From: a bacterium
GTDB lineage: Bacteria; Zhuqueibacterota; Zhuqueibacteria; Residuimicrobiales; Krinioviventaceae
Assembly: GCA_963674595.2 (NCBI GenBank)
Contig: CAXXFV010000016.1
Location: 160,001 to 224,000, forward strand
Length of the DNA: 64,000 nucleotides
Direction: 5' to 3'
The translations under genes were made by a program, and so were the position numbers. The notes under the pieces are model-generated. The model ran no database searches and was not told the DNA's origin. It saw only the letters and a list, made by a program, of their open reading frames with translations. Shown piece by piece: positions 9,805 through 21,900 of this stretch; within the stretch, counting starts at the first letter, position 1; each line of letters starts with the position of its first letter.

Positions 9805-10332
9805 TTATTTACCTAATTTTATATTTAAAGAACAAAAGTATATAATAGATGACGGTTCGTTGTTTTTATATTGATAATATGTCAAGTTTGGACTTTCATC
9901 AAAATCAAACAATTGTGCATCGACATAGGCATCTGTCATGCTTATTAATATTGCAGCGGCAAGCCACCAGAACGATAAATTTCGGTTATCAATATAAAAA
10001 TCGTGATCAATTGTGGTGGTTGACTGGTTTGCCAAATGATTTTGTATTACGGCATTTACAATGAGACCAATTTCCGTACCGCCAAATAAAAGGGCTTTAA
10101 ATTTTTTACCATTATAAAGTTGTCCCCATCCCGGAAGCGCCACAGAACGAAGCATTGCGCCTCGGGGTGATTTAATGGATGTTATAACCGAGTCTTGACT
10201 TGTTTTGGTAGATAATGTGTCTTGCTGCGCAAATTTCAGCTCTTCCGGAGTCTCTTGAGAAATTGATGGTTTATAAAAAGCCGCAATAAAGAATATAAGT
10301 ATATAAAATGATAATTTATTCATCTTATTCAA
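9805..10332 (-). CDS. DUF5683-type membrane protein
   Basis: Signal peptide; KSPRGAMLRSVALPGWGQLYN; DAYVDAQL. Confidence 0.75.
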   Translation of the reverse strand: MNKMNKLSFYILIFFIAAFYKPSISQETPEELKFAQQDTLSTKTSQDSVITSIKSPRGAMLRSVALPGWGQLYNGKKFKALLFGGTEIGLIVNAVIQNHLANQSTTTIDHDFYIDNRNLSFWWLAAAILISMTDAYVDAQLFDFDESPNLTYYQYKNNEPSSIIYFCSLNIKLGK

Positions 10333-10705
10333 TAACAGCTATGGCTTCTATTTCAACTTGTGCATCTTTGGGTAAACGTGCAACTTCAACCGCAGACCTG
10401 GCAGGTGGATTTTCAGTGAAAAATTCAGCATAGACACTGTTCATGTCGGCAAAGCTATTCATGTCTTTTAAAAATACAGTCGTTTTTATGACGTTACCCA
10501 TGTTTGTACCGGCGGCTTCAAGAATAGCTTGCAGGTTTTGCAGGGCCTTTTTGGTTTGGGCCTCTATACCACCCTGCACCATCAAACCTGTTTCTGCATC
10601 AAGACCGAGTTGACCGGCTGTATATACAAGATTAGAGATCATAACAGCCTGGCTATATGGGCCGATAGCTGCCGGAGCATTTTTTGTATTGACTATTTTT
10701 TTCAT
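10325..10705 (-). CDS. ridA: RidA family enamine/imine deaminase
   Basis: APAAIGPYSQA, KTTVFL and PARSAVEVARLPK motifs. Confidence 0.95.
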   Translation of the reverse strand: MKKIVNTKNAPAAIGPYSQAVMISNLVYTAGQLGLDAETGLMVQGGIEAQTKKALQNLQAILEAAGTNMGNVIKTTVFLKDMNSFADMNSVYAEFFTENPPARSAVEVARLPKDAQVEIEAIAVIE

Positions 10706-10707
10706 AA

Positions 10708-12012
10708 TTAGATTTCCTTCAAGTATGATCGGGAATAGTAGGTCTCAAATAATTCGACAATACTCAAATTATTATGTGTTTGAGTTTGATTGTCCAGCAA
10801 ATTTTCAAGACTGAATTGTGACAGTTTTTTCAAATCCTCTGTGTCTATGAATTGTTTATTTTCTTCTTCAAGAATGAGGACAAGTCTGTCCAGGGTTACT
10901 TTTTTAAACGCTTCAACAAAAAACTTGTCAAAATGAACACCGGTACCGTCTGTTAAAAGTTTCATGACTTTGTGTATGTCCATTCTGTCTCTATAATGCC
11001 GTTTCGATGTCAAGGCATCAAAAACATCGGCAACGGCCAGTATTTTACCTAATTTTGGAATTTCGTCCCCTTTTAAACCGCTTGGGTATCCGCTTCCATC
11101 CAGCTTTTCATGATGCGAGGCGGCAATCAACGGCACTTGTTTTAAATGCCTGGCAAAATTTATTTTTTCCAGAATACTTTTTGTATAAAGGGGGTGCCTT
11201 TTAATATGTTTGTATTCCTGTTCTGTTAATTGACCGTCTTTTGTTAATATAGCTTCTCTGATAGCGATTTTGCCGTAATCATGCAAAAGGGCGGCGGTGC
11301 GCAATACTTCACGCTCTTTGTCATCGAGATTTATAACCTGAGCAATTTCGTCTGCGTATAGAGCAATACGTTTTGAATGTCCGGCTGTCATGGGGTCCCG
11401 GGCGTCAATCGTACTCGCCAAGGTTTCTACAAAACTTTCAAAGGTCTTTTTTTGTTCAGCGTATAATTGAGCGTTTTCAATTTGAGTTGCCGCAATAACG
11501 GAAATTGTATTTAATAGCTCTTCATCTGTTTCTGTAAACGGTCCGCCGATTTTATTTAAAGCCTGAAAAACACCAATTACATCACCCAGCTTGTTACGCA
11601 TGGCTGTTGTTAAAATACTTTGCGTACGGTAACCTGTTTTTTTATCTATATCGGGATTAAACCGGGAATCGGCATAGGCATCGGGAATGTTTAAGGATTC
11701 TCCGGTTGTGGCTACCTGTCCGGCAATACCCAAATGACTTGCAAAACGAATTTCTTTTTCTCCGTGAGCAACACGGCTCCAGAGTTCATTTTTATCTTTG
11801 TCTAATATAAAAACAGTGCAACGGTCGCAGTGTAAAACATTTTTTACTTCATCCATAATCAGCATGAGCAGGCGGTCGAGTACCAGTTCGCGGGAGATGT
11901 TGCGTGTTACATTTACAACGAGTTTCAGTTTTTCGTGTTCTTCGCGAAAAAGCTCCAGCTCTTCTAAATCCGGATTATTTATTTCATTGTCATGATCCAT
12001 GTGATCAACCAC
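10708..12012 (-). CDS. GAF + HD-GYP cyclic dinucleotide phosphodiesterase
   Basis: GAF (DAYADSRFN..D..TGY.T.S, NK..G.FT..DE); HSKR; LHDYGKI; HHEKLDGSGYP; ADVFDALTS.R.Y. Confidence 0.92.
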   Translation of the reverse strand: MVDHMDHDNEINNPDLEELELFREEHEKLKLVVNVTRNISRELVLDRLLMLIMDEVKNVLHCDRCTVFILDKDKNELWSRVAHGEKEIRFASHLGIAGQVATTGESLNIPDAYADSRFNPDIDKKTGYRTQSILTTAMRNKLGDVIGVFQALNKIGGPFTETDEELLNTISVIAATQIENAQLYAEQKKTFESFVETLASTIDARDPMTAGHSKRIALYADEIAQVINLDDKEREVLRTAALLHDYGKIAIREAILTKDGQLTEQEYKHIKRHPLYTKSILEKINFARHLKQVPLIAASHHEKLDGSGYPSGLKGDEIPKLGKILAVADVFDALTSKRHYRDRMDIHKVMKLLTDGTGVHFDKFFVEAFKKVTLDRLVLILEEENKQFIDTEDLKKLSQFSLENLLDNQTQTHNNLSIVELFETYYSRSYLKEI

Positions 12013-12021
12013 TTTAAATTT

Positions 12022-13881
12022 TTACAGACGGAACTGCATGTTATAAAGTTTTTGGTAGAGTCCTGGTTTGTTTTGCAGCTCAGCATGTGTCCCTGCTTGC
12101 ACGATCTCTCCTTTATCCAGAACTATAATCTGGTCTGCATGTAAAATGGTTGAAAGTCGATGTGCAATGACAAAAGATGTTCTGTTTTTCATTAAACGTT
12201 CAATTGCTTGCTGAACCAGTAATTCTGATTCGGTGTCCAATGCTGAGGTGGCTTCATCTAAAATTAGAATGGGCGGATTTTTTAACACAGCGCGTGCAAT
12301 GGCCAGTCTTTGACGCTGGCCTCCGGAAAGAGTAACGCCTCTTTCTCCAATATTCGTATCATACCCATTCGGAAGGTTGCTGATAAATTGATGTGCATTA
12401 GCTATTTTTGCTGCTTCTATAATTTCATTTAATGATTTTTCTGTTTCACCATAAGCAATATTATTTCGAACCGTATCATTAAATAATATTGTCTCCTGTG
12501 TTACTATGCCCATAAGTCTTCTCAGGCTTGCCAGATCCATTTCTATAAGGTCTATATTGTCCAATAAAATTTGACCTTCTATGGGATCATAAAAACGGGG
12601 TATCAAATCGACGAGAGTTGATTTTCCTCCGCCGCTTGGCCCTACAATGGCCAGAATATTTCCTTTTTCAACATTAACTGATATGTTTTTTAAAACCAGG
12701 TCTTTTTTGTTATAATAAAAGCTGACGTTTTTAAATTCCAGGGAGGTCCGGAAATCAGACACTTTTTTTGCAGATGTTGTGTTGTATATTATGGGTTTTG
12801 TATCCAATACCCGAAAGACACGTTCTCCGGCTGCCAATGCTTCCTGGATTCTGTTATTAACACTGGACAGTTCTTTGATAGGCTGGCCAAGTGAAAAAAT
12901 AATTACCAGAAACATAATAAACTGTTCCGGTGCCAGTAATTCACCTTTGAGCACCTGCTGCCCGCCATAATAAAGAATGGCAACGGCTATACTCGTTCCC
13001 AAAAATTCTGTCAGAGGGGAAGCCAGGTTACTTGTTCTTGTGATTTTTAACAAGCTTTTAAAATATTTTTGTGTTTCCGAGGTAAATTTGCCTATTTCGA
13101 ATTTTTCCATGGCAAAAGCTTTAACCACCCGGATACCGGAGATGGTTTCCTGTAATACGGACGTAACGTCTGCCATTTTTTCCTGTGAATGGGTGCTTTG
13201 TTTTCGCAGTTTGTGCCCGATTATACTTATTACTCCCAGGCTGATAGGGGCTATCACCAGAGAGATTATTGTCAATTTCCAGCTTAAAAAAACAGCCAGA
13301 GATAATAAAACTAAAATGGTTAGAGGATTTTTTACCAGTGTTACAAAACCGGCAGATACGCCGTTGTTGATCAGGGTAACGTCGTTGGTTATTCGGGATA
13401 TAATTTGCCCTGTTCGCGTTTTATGAAAATAAGCAAGAGAGAGTTCGTTGATATGTTTGTAAAGATCGTTCCTCAGGTCTCGTATGACACTTTGTTCTAC
13501 CTGCGCCATGAGAAATATTTGAAAATATCCGAAAAAACTTTTAAAAAAGAATAGAGTAAGGATAAAGAAACATATTCTTTTTAATGAATTTTTTCTGTTT
13601 TCGCCCTGAAGGACTTCGTAAAAAGATTGTAATATTTTTTCTTTTTTTGCCTGAAGAGACTTGGGAATAAATGAATCTACAAGATCATCAGACGAACCCT
13701 CCGATTGAACAACAACACTTGAAGTTTGATCAGGTTGGGAAAAAATAGTTTGTAAGAAAGGGCCGATAGTGAAAAGTGACAAGCTGTTAAAAATGGTATA
13801 AAATATAATACACAGAATTGAGCCGGTTAAACTTAGCCAATAAGGTTTAATATATACTAGAATTCTGGAAAAGATTTTCAT
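12022..13881 (-). CDS. MsbA-like ABC exporter (TMD-NBD fusion)
   Basis: 6-TM domain plus GPSGGGKST, LSGGQRQR, ILDEATSALD and IAHRLST. Confidence 0.9.
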   Translation of the reverse strand: MKIFSRILVYIKPYWLSLTGSILCIIFYTIFNSLSLFTIGPFLQTIFSQPDQTSSVVVQSEGSSDDLVDSFIPKSLQAKKEKILQSFYEVLQGENRKNSLKRICFFILTLFFFKSFFGYFQIFLMAQVEQSVIRDLRNDLYKHINELSLAYFHKTRTGQIISRITNDVTLINNGVSAGFVTLVKNPLTILVLLSLAVFLSWKLTIISLVIAPISLGVISIIGHKLRKQSTHSQEKMADVTSVLQETISGIRVVKAFAMEKFEIGKFTSETQKYFKSLLKITRTSNLASPLTEFLGTSIAVAILYYGGQQVLKGELLAPEQFIMFLVIIFSLGQPIKELSSVNNRIQEALAAGERVFRVLDTKPIIYNTTSAKKVSDFRTSLEFKNVSFYYNKKDLVLKNISVNVEKGNILAIVGPSGGGKSTLVDLIPRFYDPIEGQILLDNIDLIEMDLASLRRLMGIVTQETILFNDTVRNNIAYGETEKSLNEIIEAAKIANAHQFISNLPNGYDTNIGERGVTLSGGQRQRLAIARAVLKNPPILILDEATSALDTESELLVQQAIERLMKNRTSFVIAHRLSTILHADQIIVLDKGEIVQAGTHAELQNKPGLYQKLYNMQFRL

Positions 13882-13893
13882 AAATAGTCACAA

Positions 13894-14067
13894 TTATTCT
13901 TTTGTTTCTTTAAAGTCAACATCTTCAACGTCTTCTTTAGACAGGTCCAATGGTTTTGCTTTGGATTTTCCTTTTATTTCAACGTCCGGTTTGGTCGTTT
14001 TAACAACGTTTTTTAACAGTTTTATCATCCAATAGATAACAAGACCATAAATTATATATCGGAGCAT
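13894..14067 (-). CDS. 57-aa single-TM small protein (DUF4834-like)
   Basis: Below the ORF-track cutoff. MLRYIIYGLVIYWMIKLLKNVVKTTKPDVEIKGKSKAKPLDLSKEDVEDVDFKETKE; AAGGA upstream; fills the gap in the operon; acidic EDVDF tail. Confidence 0.75.
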   Translation of the reverse strand: MLRYIIYGLVIYWMIKLLKNVVKTTKPDVEIKGKSKAKPLDLSKEDVEDVDFKETKE

Positions 14068-14124
14068 GACTTTTAGCTGTCCTTATATTTAAAAAAGATT
14101 AAAATAGCAAAGGTTTATTTGAAT

Positions 14125-14760
14125 TTATCCGGCAGGCGAATAATATTCAATGCCCGAATGAGGTCTCATAATTTGGCGTGCCAGATCTTCAAAATCTTCT
14201 TTGTTGTTGACAAAATCAATTAATGTACAATTGACAACCAGCAAAGGTGTATCCGTATAATGAAAGAAAAAGCGGTTATAGGCCTCATTTAAAGATTTGA
14301 TATAGTCATCGGAAATGTCTTTTTCAAAAGTACGCCCGCGTCTGCGAATGTTTGCCATTAATCGTTCCTGTGTGGACTGTAAAAAGACAACCAGGTCCGG
14401 CTTTTGTATGTTTTGTTCCAAAAGCGACGCCACACGGTCATAAAGAAAAAGTTCTCTGTCATCCAGATTTAAATGGGCAAAAATACGATCTTTGGCAAAA
14501 AGATAGTCTGAAACCATAATTTCATGAAAAAGGTCCGGTTGAAAACCTTCCTGTTGTTGGCGATAACGGCTTAGCAGAAAAAAAAGCTGTGCTTGAAACG
14601 CAAATCGCTGGGGGTCTTTGTAAAAATCCTGAAGAAAAGGATTTTCCTCAGGACGTTCATAAATAACCTTGGCGTCAAGCCATTCGCCAAGCATTCGGGT
14701 CAAGCTTGTTTTACCGACGCCGATAACTCCTTCAATGCAAATATATTTTGGTATTGGCAT
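14125..14760 (-). CDS. Deoxynucleoside kinase
   Basis: IEGVIGVGKT, NPFL.DFY, Q.FFL.SR and RRGR motifs. Confidence 0.92.
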   Translation of the reverse strand: MPIPKYICIEGVIGVGKTSLTRMLGEWLDAKVIYERPEENPFLQDFYKDPQRFAFQAQLFFLLSRYRQQQEGFQPDLFHEIMVSDYLFAKDRIFAHLNLDDRELFLYDRVASLLEQNIQKPDLVVFLQSTQERLMANIRRRGRTFEKDISDDYIKSLNEAYNRFFFHYTDTPLLVVNCTLIDFVNNKEDFEDLARQIMRPHSGIEYYSPAG

Positions 14761-14762
14761 TG

Positions 14763-15287
14763 TTAATCCTCTTTTGGCTTGTAAATAAAAGAATCAGAGG
14801 TTTTGTATAAATCAACTTTGCTATTGTCTGTTGTTTGTTCAAGCAACGTTTTTACGTCCTTGTCAAATCCGGTGATTTTATAATTCGGTTCAATCTCTGC
14901 TAACGGTATTAACACAAATTTTCGGTGCGGAATTTCCGGGTGTGGAATTATTAAATCGATTTCATATATTTCCAGGTTTTCCCAACACAAAATATCAATA
15001 TCAATAATACGAGGTCCCCATTTTTTAAAACGAATACGACCCATTTCATTTTCAATGTTTTGCAGTTTAGTTAAAAGCAGGGTCGGTGCCATGAGAACGT
15101 ATATTTCGATAACGATATTTAAAAAATTGTTTTGTTCTTTCAGGCCTACGGGCTCGGTTTCATAAATACTTGAGATTGTTTGAATTTCACATGTAGGTAT
15201 TTTTTGAATGTGATGTAAAGCCTGAGAAATGTGCTTAAACCTGTCACCAATATTTGAACCAAGACCTAAAAAAACTCTGTGTCTCAT
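14763..15287 (-). CDS. folK: 2-amino-4-hydroxy-6-hydroxymethyldihydropteridine diphosphokinase
   Basis: LGLGSNIGDR, YETEPVG, WGPRIIDIDIL and IPHP motifs. Confidence 0.96.
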   Translation of the reverse strand: MRHRVFLGLGSNIGDRFKHISQALHHIQKIPTCEIQTISSIYETEPVGLKEQNNFLNIVIEIYVLMAPTLLLTKLQNIENEMGRIRFKKWGPRIIDIDILCWENLEIYEIDLIIPHPEIPHRKFVLIPLAEIEPNYKITGFDKDVKTLLEQTTDNSKVDLYKTSDSFIYKPKED

Positions 15288-15658
15288 TCGTTATTCCTAC
15301 GGCTACGAGTCATTTCCAATTCTGTTCCGTTTGCAAGACCTCCCAGCGGAGCCAGAGGCTTCCGGACACGAATAGTAACATCCATTACGTTGTATTTTTC
15401 TAAAATCTTTTCAATGATTCGGTTGCCGATTGTTTCTATTAATGAAAACCTTTCATGCAAGACTATGCTTTGAACATCTGAATATACAGTCCGCACATCG
15501 ATCGTATCTTTTAATTTGTCAGATTGTGCTGCCTTTGAGGCGTCAAAGGTTATTTCAACATCAACTTCAAATCGCTGGCCGTTTTTTATTTCATCATGTT
15601 CCAGCCCATGATAGGCATGAAAAGTCATGCCGTTTATACGAAGTTTATCTTTAGGCAT
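15284..15658 (-). CDS. folB: Dihydroneopterin aldolase
   Basis: FHAYHG...GQRFEVD...LIET...VRKP; adjacent to folK. Confidence 0.93.
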   Translation of the reverse strand: MPKDKLRINGMTFHAYHGLEHDEIKNGQRFEVDVEITFDASKAAQSDKLKDTIDVRTVYSDVQSIVLHERFSLIETIGNRIIEKILEKYNVMDVTIRVRKPLAPLGGLANGTELEMTRSRRNNE

Positions 15659-15691
15659 TTATCAAGTCGTTTTAATTAAAAAAGTAGCTCA

Positions 15692-15720
15692 AATATATTA
15701 AAATATGCTGCGATTGTCAA
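15692..15720 (-). promoter_or_regulatory. Sigma70-type promoter of the folB-led gene run
   Basis: Minus strand TTGACA (15720-15715), 17 bp spacer, TATATT (15697-15692), about 35 bp upstream of folB. Confidence 0.75.
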
Positions 15721-15911
15721 GACAAAATCCCTGTCAAAAGGTGGCCTAAAAACAAGAAAACCATGAGGAAAAAAGTATTTATTATACGCAAGCCCGATGA
15801 TTTTTAGTATTAATTAACAACCAAAGGTTGATTATTATTGTAAAAAATTATTACATTATTCGATTGCAAATTTTAAACATCTTGTTGTAATAGCACCATG
15901 TGGAGACTCCT

Positions 15912-18900
15912 TTGAAAAAGCTGTATCTTGTACCATTTTTGACCTTGTGTTTGTTTACTTTCCAATTAAAAGCGGCAGAAAAATCTGAGAAAAAATATTC
16001 AGTCCATGCTTATGGTTACAGTTCGGAACTCGTATCACCGGCTCCCAGAGCAGACAGAGGGATACATTATGAAAATGTATCTTTTGAGCAAAATATGCTG
16101 AAAAAACGCAGCCAAACTGATGAAAATAGTAATGAAATAGTTTATTCTTTTTCCAAAGGACGCACTTTACTCGGCCGTGTCGAGGTTGTGTTGTCACCTC
16201 TTGTTGCTGATTCTGATTCTCTAAAGTTAGCGCTTGTGTTTTACAACGCCTCTACTGATCAGGAAAAATCACTTGATCTTTCTTCTTTTAATGATAATGG
16301 TTATATAAACACGGAATTTGAGGGGGTTTATGCATCCGAGGTGACTGTTGTTGTTTCCGGTGTGCCGGACGATCAATCAAATCCTATTCAGGATATGAAT
16401 CTTTATGAAATTGTATTAAGCGATCGTTACCGCATTATGCTTTTGGGTGATTCTATAACAGCCGGTGCCCTGGCAACGGATTATAAAGGTTACCGTCACA
16501 TGCTGTATGATCGTCTGCGTGCAAATAATGTTGAAGTGGATTTTGTGGGTGATTTTGGCGAAGCTCCTTATGAGGGACATTTTGAAGGTGGTCGAAAAAT
16601 TTATGATTTTTATCCACAGTCCATCGGGGGCCGCGCACGTGCAGATGCCACATGGGCAATGAATACCTTTCGGCCGCAAATGGTTGTTATTCATTTGGGT
16701 ACAAATGATTTGGGGGATGGTGTCAACAATATTATACCTTATGATAATGAAGAAGGATTCAGTACTTCGGTTTCCGGGCGAATGGCGACGTTGGTTGATT
16801 ATTTGCTGGATTGGACAACAGATGACGGCGGTTTGGAAAAAATTGTTGTCAATTTAATTACTCCCATCAAAGTTTCACGTGACAGCGCCATGAATTTATA
16901 CACCATGGAAGTGGCCAGACTTGTTCGTGATTTTAAAACCGGTGCTATAACCGGCAAGCCGGAACCGGTTTATATAAGTGATGTTTATTCGCATCTTCGC
17001 GGTCATCCTGATTTGTGGAGCGATGCCTGGAATAAACTGTTGGGAGATGCATTGCATCCCACAACGCGCGGTCATCAGTTTTTGACAGATGCGCTTTATC
17101 CGATAGTTGAAGAATTGGTGACCGGACAAAAAAGAAAGTTCAGTAATGCTACATGGGACCTTGGGATTGGCGGTCTCGACCATCTTTTTGATTTTAAAGG
17201 GGTGGCGGTAGCAGATGTTACAGATCATTACGGAGATGATATTTATATCAGCCGTGTAACAGGGAATTCTGATTTTTCAGAAGATTTGTTTTTTGAAAGC
17301 AAGGCCAACATTCCGTTTAAAGAAAATGCCGATGATTATAATATTGAGGATAAAAAGTTTAGTCAAAGTGCAATTTTTGTTGATGTTGACAATGATGGAG
17401 ATTTTGATCTGTTAAACGGTCACTCTCCCGGTCAAAATTATCTTTACAAGCAGTCTGCTGACCATACCTTTACAAATGTTACCAGTCAGGCCAATATTCA
17501 AAATTATAATCGTTATTCCAAAGCATTGCTGGCATTTGACTGTGAAAATGACGGCGACATGGATTTGCTGGTTATTAATTCAAGAGAGCAAAATGAATTT
17601 TATATCAATCAGGGTGACGGCACATTCGAACTTGAAAATCGTGGAATACTTGAAACAAATGAATCGTCAATTACAACAGAATCCGCCTCTGCCGCCGATT
17701 TTGATATGGACGGCGACGTTGACGTATATATAGCAAAACGGGAAGTTGCTAATAAACTATTTGTAAATGACGGTAATGGCAATTTTACGGAAAAAGCAAG
17801 CCTTGCCGGTGTTAATCTGGTCCATAAAAGCAACGGTGTTGTATGGGCTGATTTGGATAACGACGCAGACCTGGATCTGCTGGTTTCTGTAAATGATTTT
17901 GGCAGCGATTCCAACCCAAAGTTACATGTGTACAAGAATCAGGGTGATGGCACATTTCAGGATGTTACATCTTCTGTGAACATTCCGATGAATGCTTTTT
18001 CGCCCATCGTCGCTGATTTTGATAATGACTCGGACCTGGACATTGTAACAACCGATGAGGTTGATTATGGTTCTTATTATGAAAATTTGGGTAATTGGCA
18101 ATTTCAAAAGGTAGAAAATACCGGTGCGGAAATTTTCGGCGGTGATGTGCGCGGTGCAAGCGTTTTGGATTTTAATCAGGACGGTAATTTGGATTTTGTT
18201 GCTGCCCGTTCCGATGTTTTTAACATTGCTATAGAAAACAATAACGATAATGGTAATAATTATATTAAAGTAAGCGCTTACGGGCCGGATGGCAACATAG
18301 GAGGATTTGGTACAAAGATCTGGATTTTTGAGCCGGGAAGTTTGGGAGATTTTCAACACCTGTTGGGTTTCAGGGAAATTATGTCCACAACAGGGTATTT
18401 GTCGCAATCTTCTCCGGTGCAGCATTTTGGGTTGGCTGGTTTTTCTCAGGTTGATATTCTGGCTGGCTTTACTGATGGAACATTTTTGGCCAAAAGACAT
18501 GTAAATGCCAATCAAACCATTACCATTGAACCGGAAGTACCGGTACTGCCGAACCTTATTCCGGATAATATATCATTGTTAAGCGGCAATAATATTTCCG
18601 GCACTGTAACGCAGCAGTCTAGTGAGCCTATTGTTGTTTCTGTTCAGGATGCTGATAATCAGCCGGTCCCGGGAATGAATGTAGAATTTGAAATTGTGTC
18701 CGGTGATGCACAAATAATAACACCTTTAAATTCCAGTCAAAATATTTGGGTGGAATGTGAAAGCGCCGAGTTGTCCGGTAATATGCGCTGGGTTTATGAT
18801 GCCGGCTGTTCCGGCGGCGGTTTTGTCATGTTACCGAAATTTTTAGGAGGAACCGGTGCCGTCCAGTCAAGTGTTTCCCTTAGTTCCGCAGGTAATTACT

Positions 18901-21900
18901 CGGCCTGGATGCGGATTAAAAATGTTAGTGATGGTTCTTTTATAAAAATTCAAATAGATAATCAATCTGAAAAGACGATAGACTTGTCGTCGAATGGCGA
19001 CTGGCAATGGCTGAATGCATCTGTTAGCGGACAGCGTTTATTCTGGAATTTACAGTCTGGCATTCACTCTGTAAAAATAACAACAAATAGTGTAAATTTA
19101 CAGATTGATAAATTATTAATAACATCGGATGATGCCTATGTTCCCGATGGCTTGGGCACGGAAGCCGGTATTTTACCTCATCTCTCTGACCGTGACGGAT
19201 TGTCAAAACGTTATATTCAATTCGGTCAGCAGGCGGGTCCTGTTGTTATTGAGGCTGTTTTAGAATATAACGGTGCTTCTGTAAACGGAAGTCCTGTTCA
19301 ATTTGATGCACGTTCTCTGGCTGACAAAGCTTCAACTATTGTTAAACAAAGTGGTGACATGCAAATTGGCATAATCGGTGAACCTTTAACGGATCCCCTG
19401 GTTGTTGCCGCTGTTGATGGGTTCCAAAACCCTGTTTTTAATAAGAGAATTAATTTTTCCGTGGTATCCGGCGGAGGTACATTAAATCCTGATGGTTTTG
19501 TTTTTACCGATTCTACCGGTTTGGCACAGACTTATTATACACCCGGTGATATGAACAGTGCCCAGGTTATTAAAGCCGAAGCGGATTCCGTAACCGGTTC
19601 ACCGCTTACGTTCAACGTCATGGTCCAGGGAATCGCTTCAAAACTGACCTATGTTTCGGGCGACAGTCAGGAAACAAAAGTCATGACGGTTTTACCTGCA
19701 CCCGTAAGAGTAAAAATAGTGACCGATGAAAATGAACCGGTTGTTAATTATCCTGTTCAGTTTAATGTGACAGATCCGGGAGCCGGACTGTTGGAGCAAT
19801 CGCCTGCGCAAAATAAAAAGATTGCAGGTATATCGATTGATAATGTTCAAAGCGAAAACGATACGAACCTGGTCGTACCGACCAATTCTCAGGGGATTGC
19901 TGAAATTTATTGGCAGCTTGGGCAATATTCCGGTGAACAGCATATCAATATCGTGGCGGACCTTTTAAACGGATCGCCCATGTCTTTAAAAGCCGTTGCC
20001 CTTGCCTCGGACCCGGCCCTGCTGATGCCGATATCCGGTAATCAACAGCAGGCGGTTATTAATACGGAACTGGAAAATCCTTTCAAGGTAAGGCTGCTGG
20101 ATGAATATGGAAACAGTGTGCCTGATTATGATATAAAATTTGAATCCAAACAGGGCGGCGGACTGTTAAGCGGGGAAAATAGTATTACACTTCCTTCGGA
20201 TGAAAACGGAGAGGCTTTTGCTGTTTTGACACTTGGAACGCTGGCCGGAAAAAACGCCTATCTGGTTGAAGCGTCAGCGGTCCTGGACCAGACTGCCGTA
20301 CCTGGTTCTCCGGTACAATTTTATGCAACCGGTTTACCCGGTCAGGCGAAATATGCTGCAATTTTAAACGGAAATGCTCAATCAGATACAGTCAATCAAA
20401 CTTTACCCATACCTCTTCAGGTTAAAATAACGGATGAATATGAAAATGTCGTCCCCGGTTTTGATGTTGTTTTTCGAATAAATCAGGGAGACGGCCGCTT
20501 TGGTTCTGTTCAGGAGAAAACCGTTGCCACCGGTGAGAACGGTGTCGCTCAGGTTTTGTGGACGTTGGGCGTTAAAGTTGGTACTAATAATGCTTATGCT
20601 TTGTGTGACGGATTGATACCTAATTCATTGTTCTTTACAGCAAAAGGCAAAACAGGTATTCCCTTTAAACAAATATATATTGACGGAAATGATCAGTCGG
20701 GTCTTCAGGATATACAACTGTCAATTCCATTTCAGGTCCAGGTGACAGATTCTTTTGAAAATCCTGTTAAAAACCATCAGGTCCTTTATACGTTGAAGGA
20801 AGGAGGAGGCAATTTTAACGGAGAGAGCGATATATACGCCTTGACGGACAGTATTGGTGTTGCGCGTGCCTCGTTGACCCTGGGCAGCACCATTGGCGAT
20901 TCCAACCATGTTGTTTGGGCGCAAAGTTCTTTTAATGAAAAAGAACTGGAAAACAGTCCGATTGTTTTTTATGCCAGTGTTATTCACGGCATCCCTCATC
21001 GTTTGATACCTGTTTCAGTCGTCTCCGGTCTGTCGGGCGCCGTAAATAGCGAACTTCCGGACCCAATCGTTGTTAAGGTTGTTGGTCAGGAAAATCAACC
21101 CATTCCGGTGTTTCCTGTGGTGTTTCAGGTGACCGGCGGCGGAGGCCATTTCGCTGAAAATGATCAGGCAAGCCTTACGGTTTTAACAGATTATGATGGA
21201 CTCGCTTCTGCAAGATGGGTTTTGGGAAATGAATCTCTGCAAAATATTAGTGTGAACGCTGTTTACCAGCAACAAAATCTCATCGGTTCACCTTTACAGA
21301 TAAATGCCGTTGCTATTGTTACCCAGGCGAAATCAATTGTTGCTTCTTCTGAAATCAACCTTACAGGCAAAGCCGGACAGCCATTGTCCGCACCGTTGGC
21401 TGTGCGAACTGATGATGAATTTGGATTTCCGGTTTCCGGGCATCCTGTAACTTTTAGAATAGAACAGGGCAGCAGTTATTTTACAGAATCATCGGGTTCT
21501 GTGCTGAATGTAAATAGCGATAATCAGGGTTTGGCACAGGCAGCGTTGACGCTTGGTGGTGAGGTTGGTGAAAATACTCAAATTGTTCATGCCAAAGCCT
21601 ATGACCAAACAAATCAACTTTTGACCGGTGCACCGATTATTTTCTCTATAACAGTTGAACCGGGTTTGCCGGATGTCGAAAACACACAGGTTTCTGCCTT
21701 TTCTCCGGTTCCGGCGCGGGAAGACGTTTTTTCAACTGTAACGATAACTGTAATAGACAGTTTCGGCAATAAAATACCTGATCAACAAATTGAGTTATTG
21801 GCAGAAGGATTGCCTGTTGTTTTTGATCCGCAAAATGGTACGACTGATCAGAACGGAATTTTTACGTCCAACGTTACTTCTACACAATCCGGAGAAGTGC

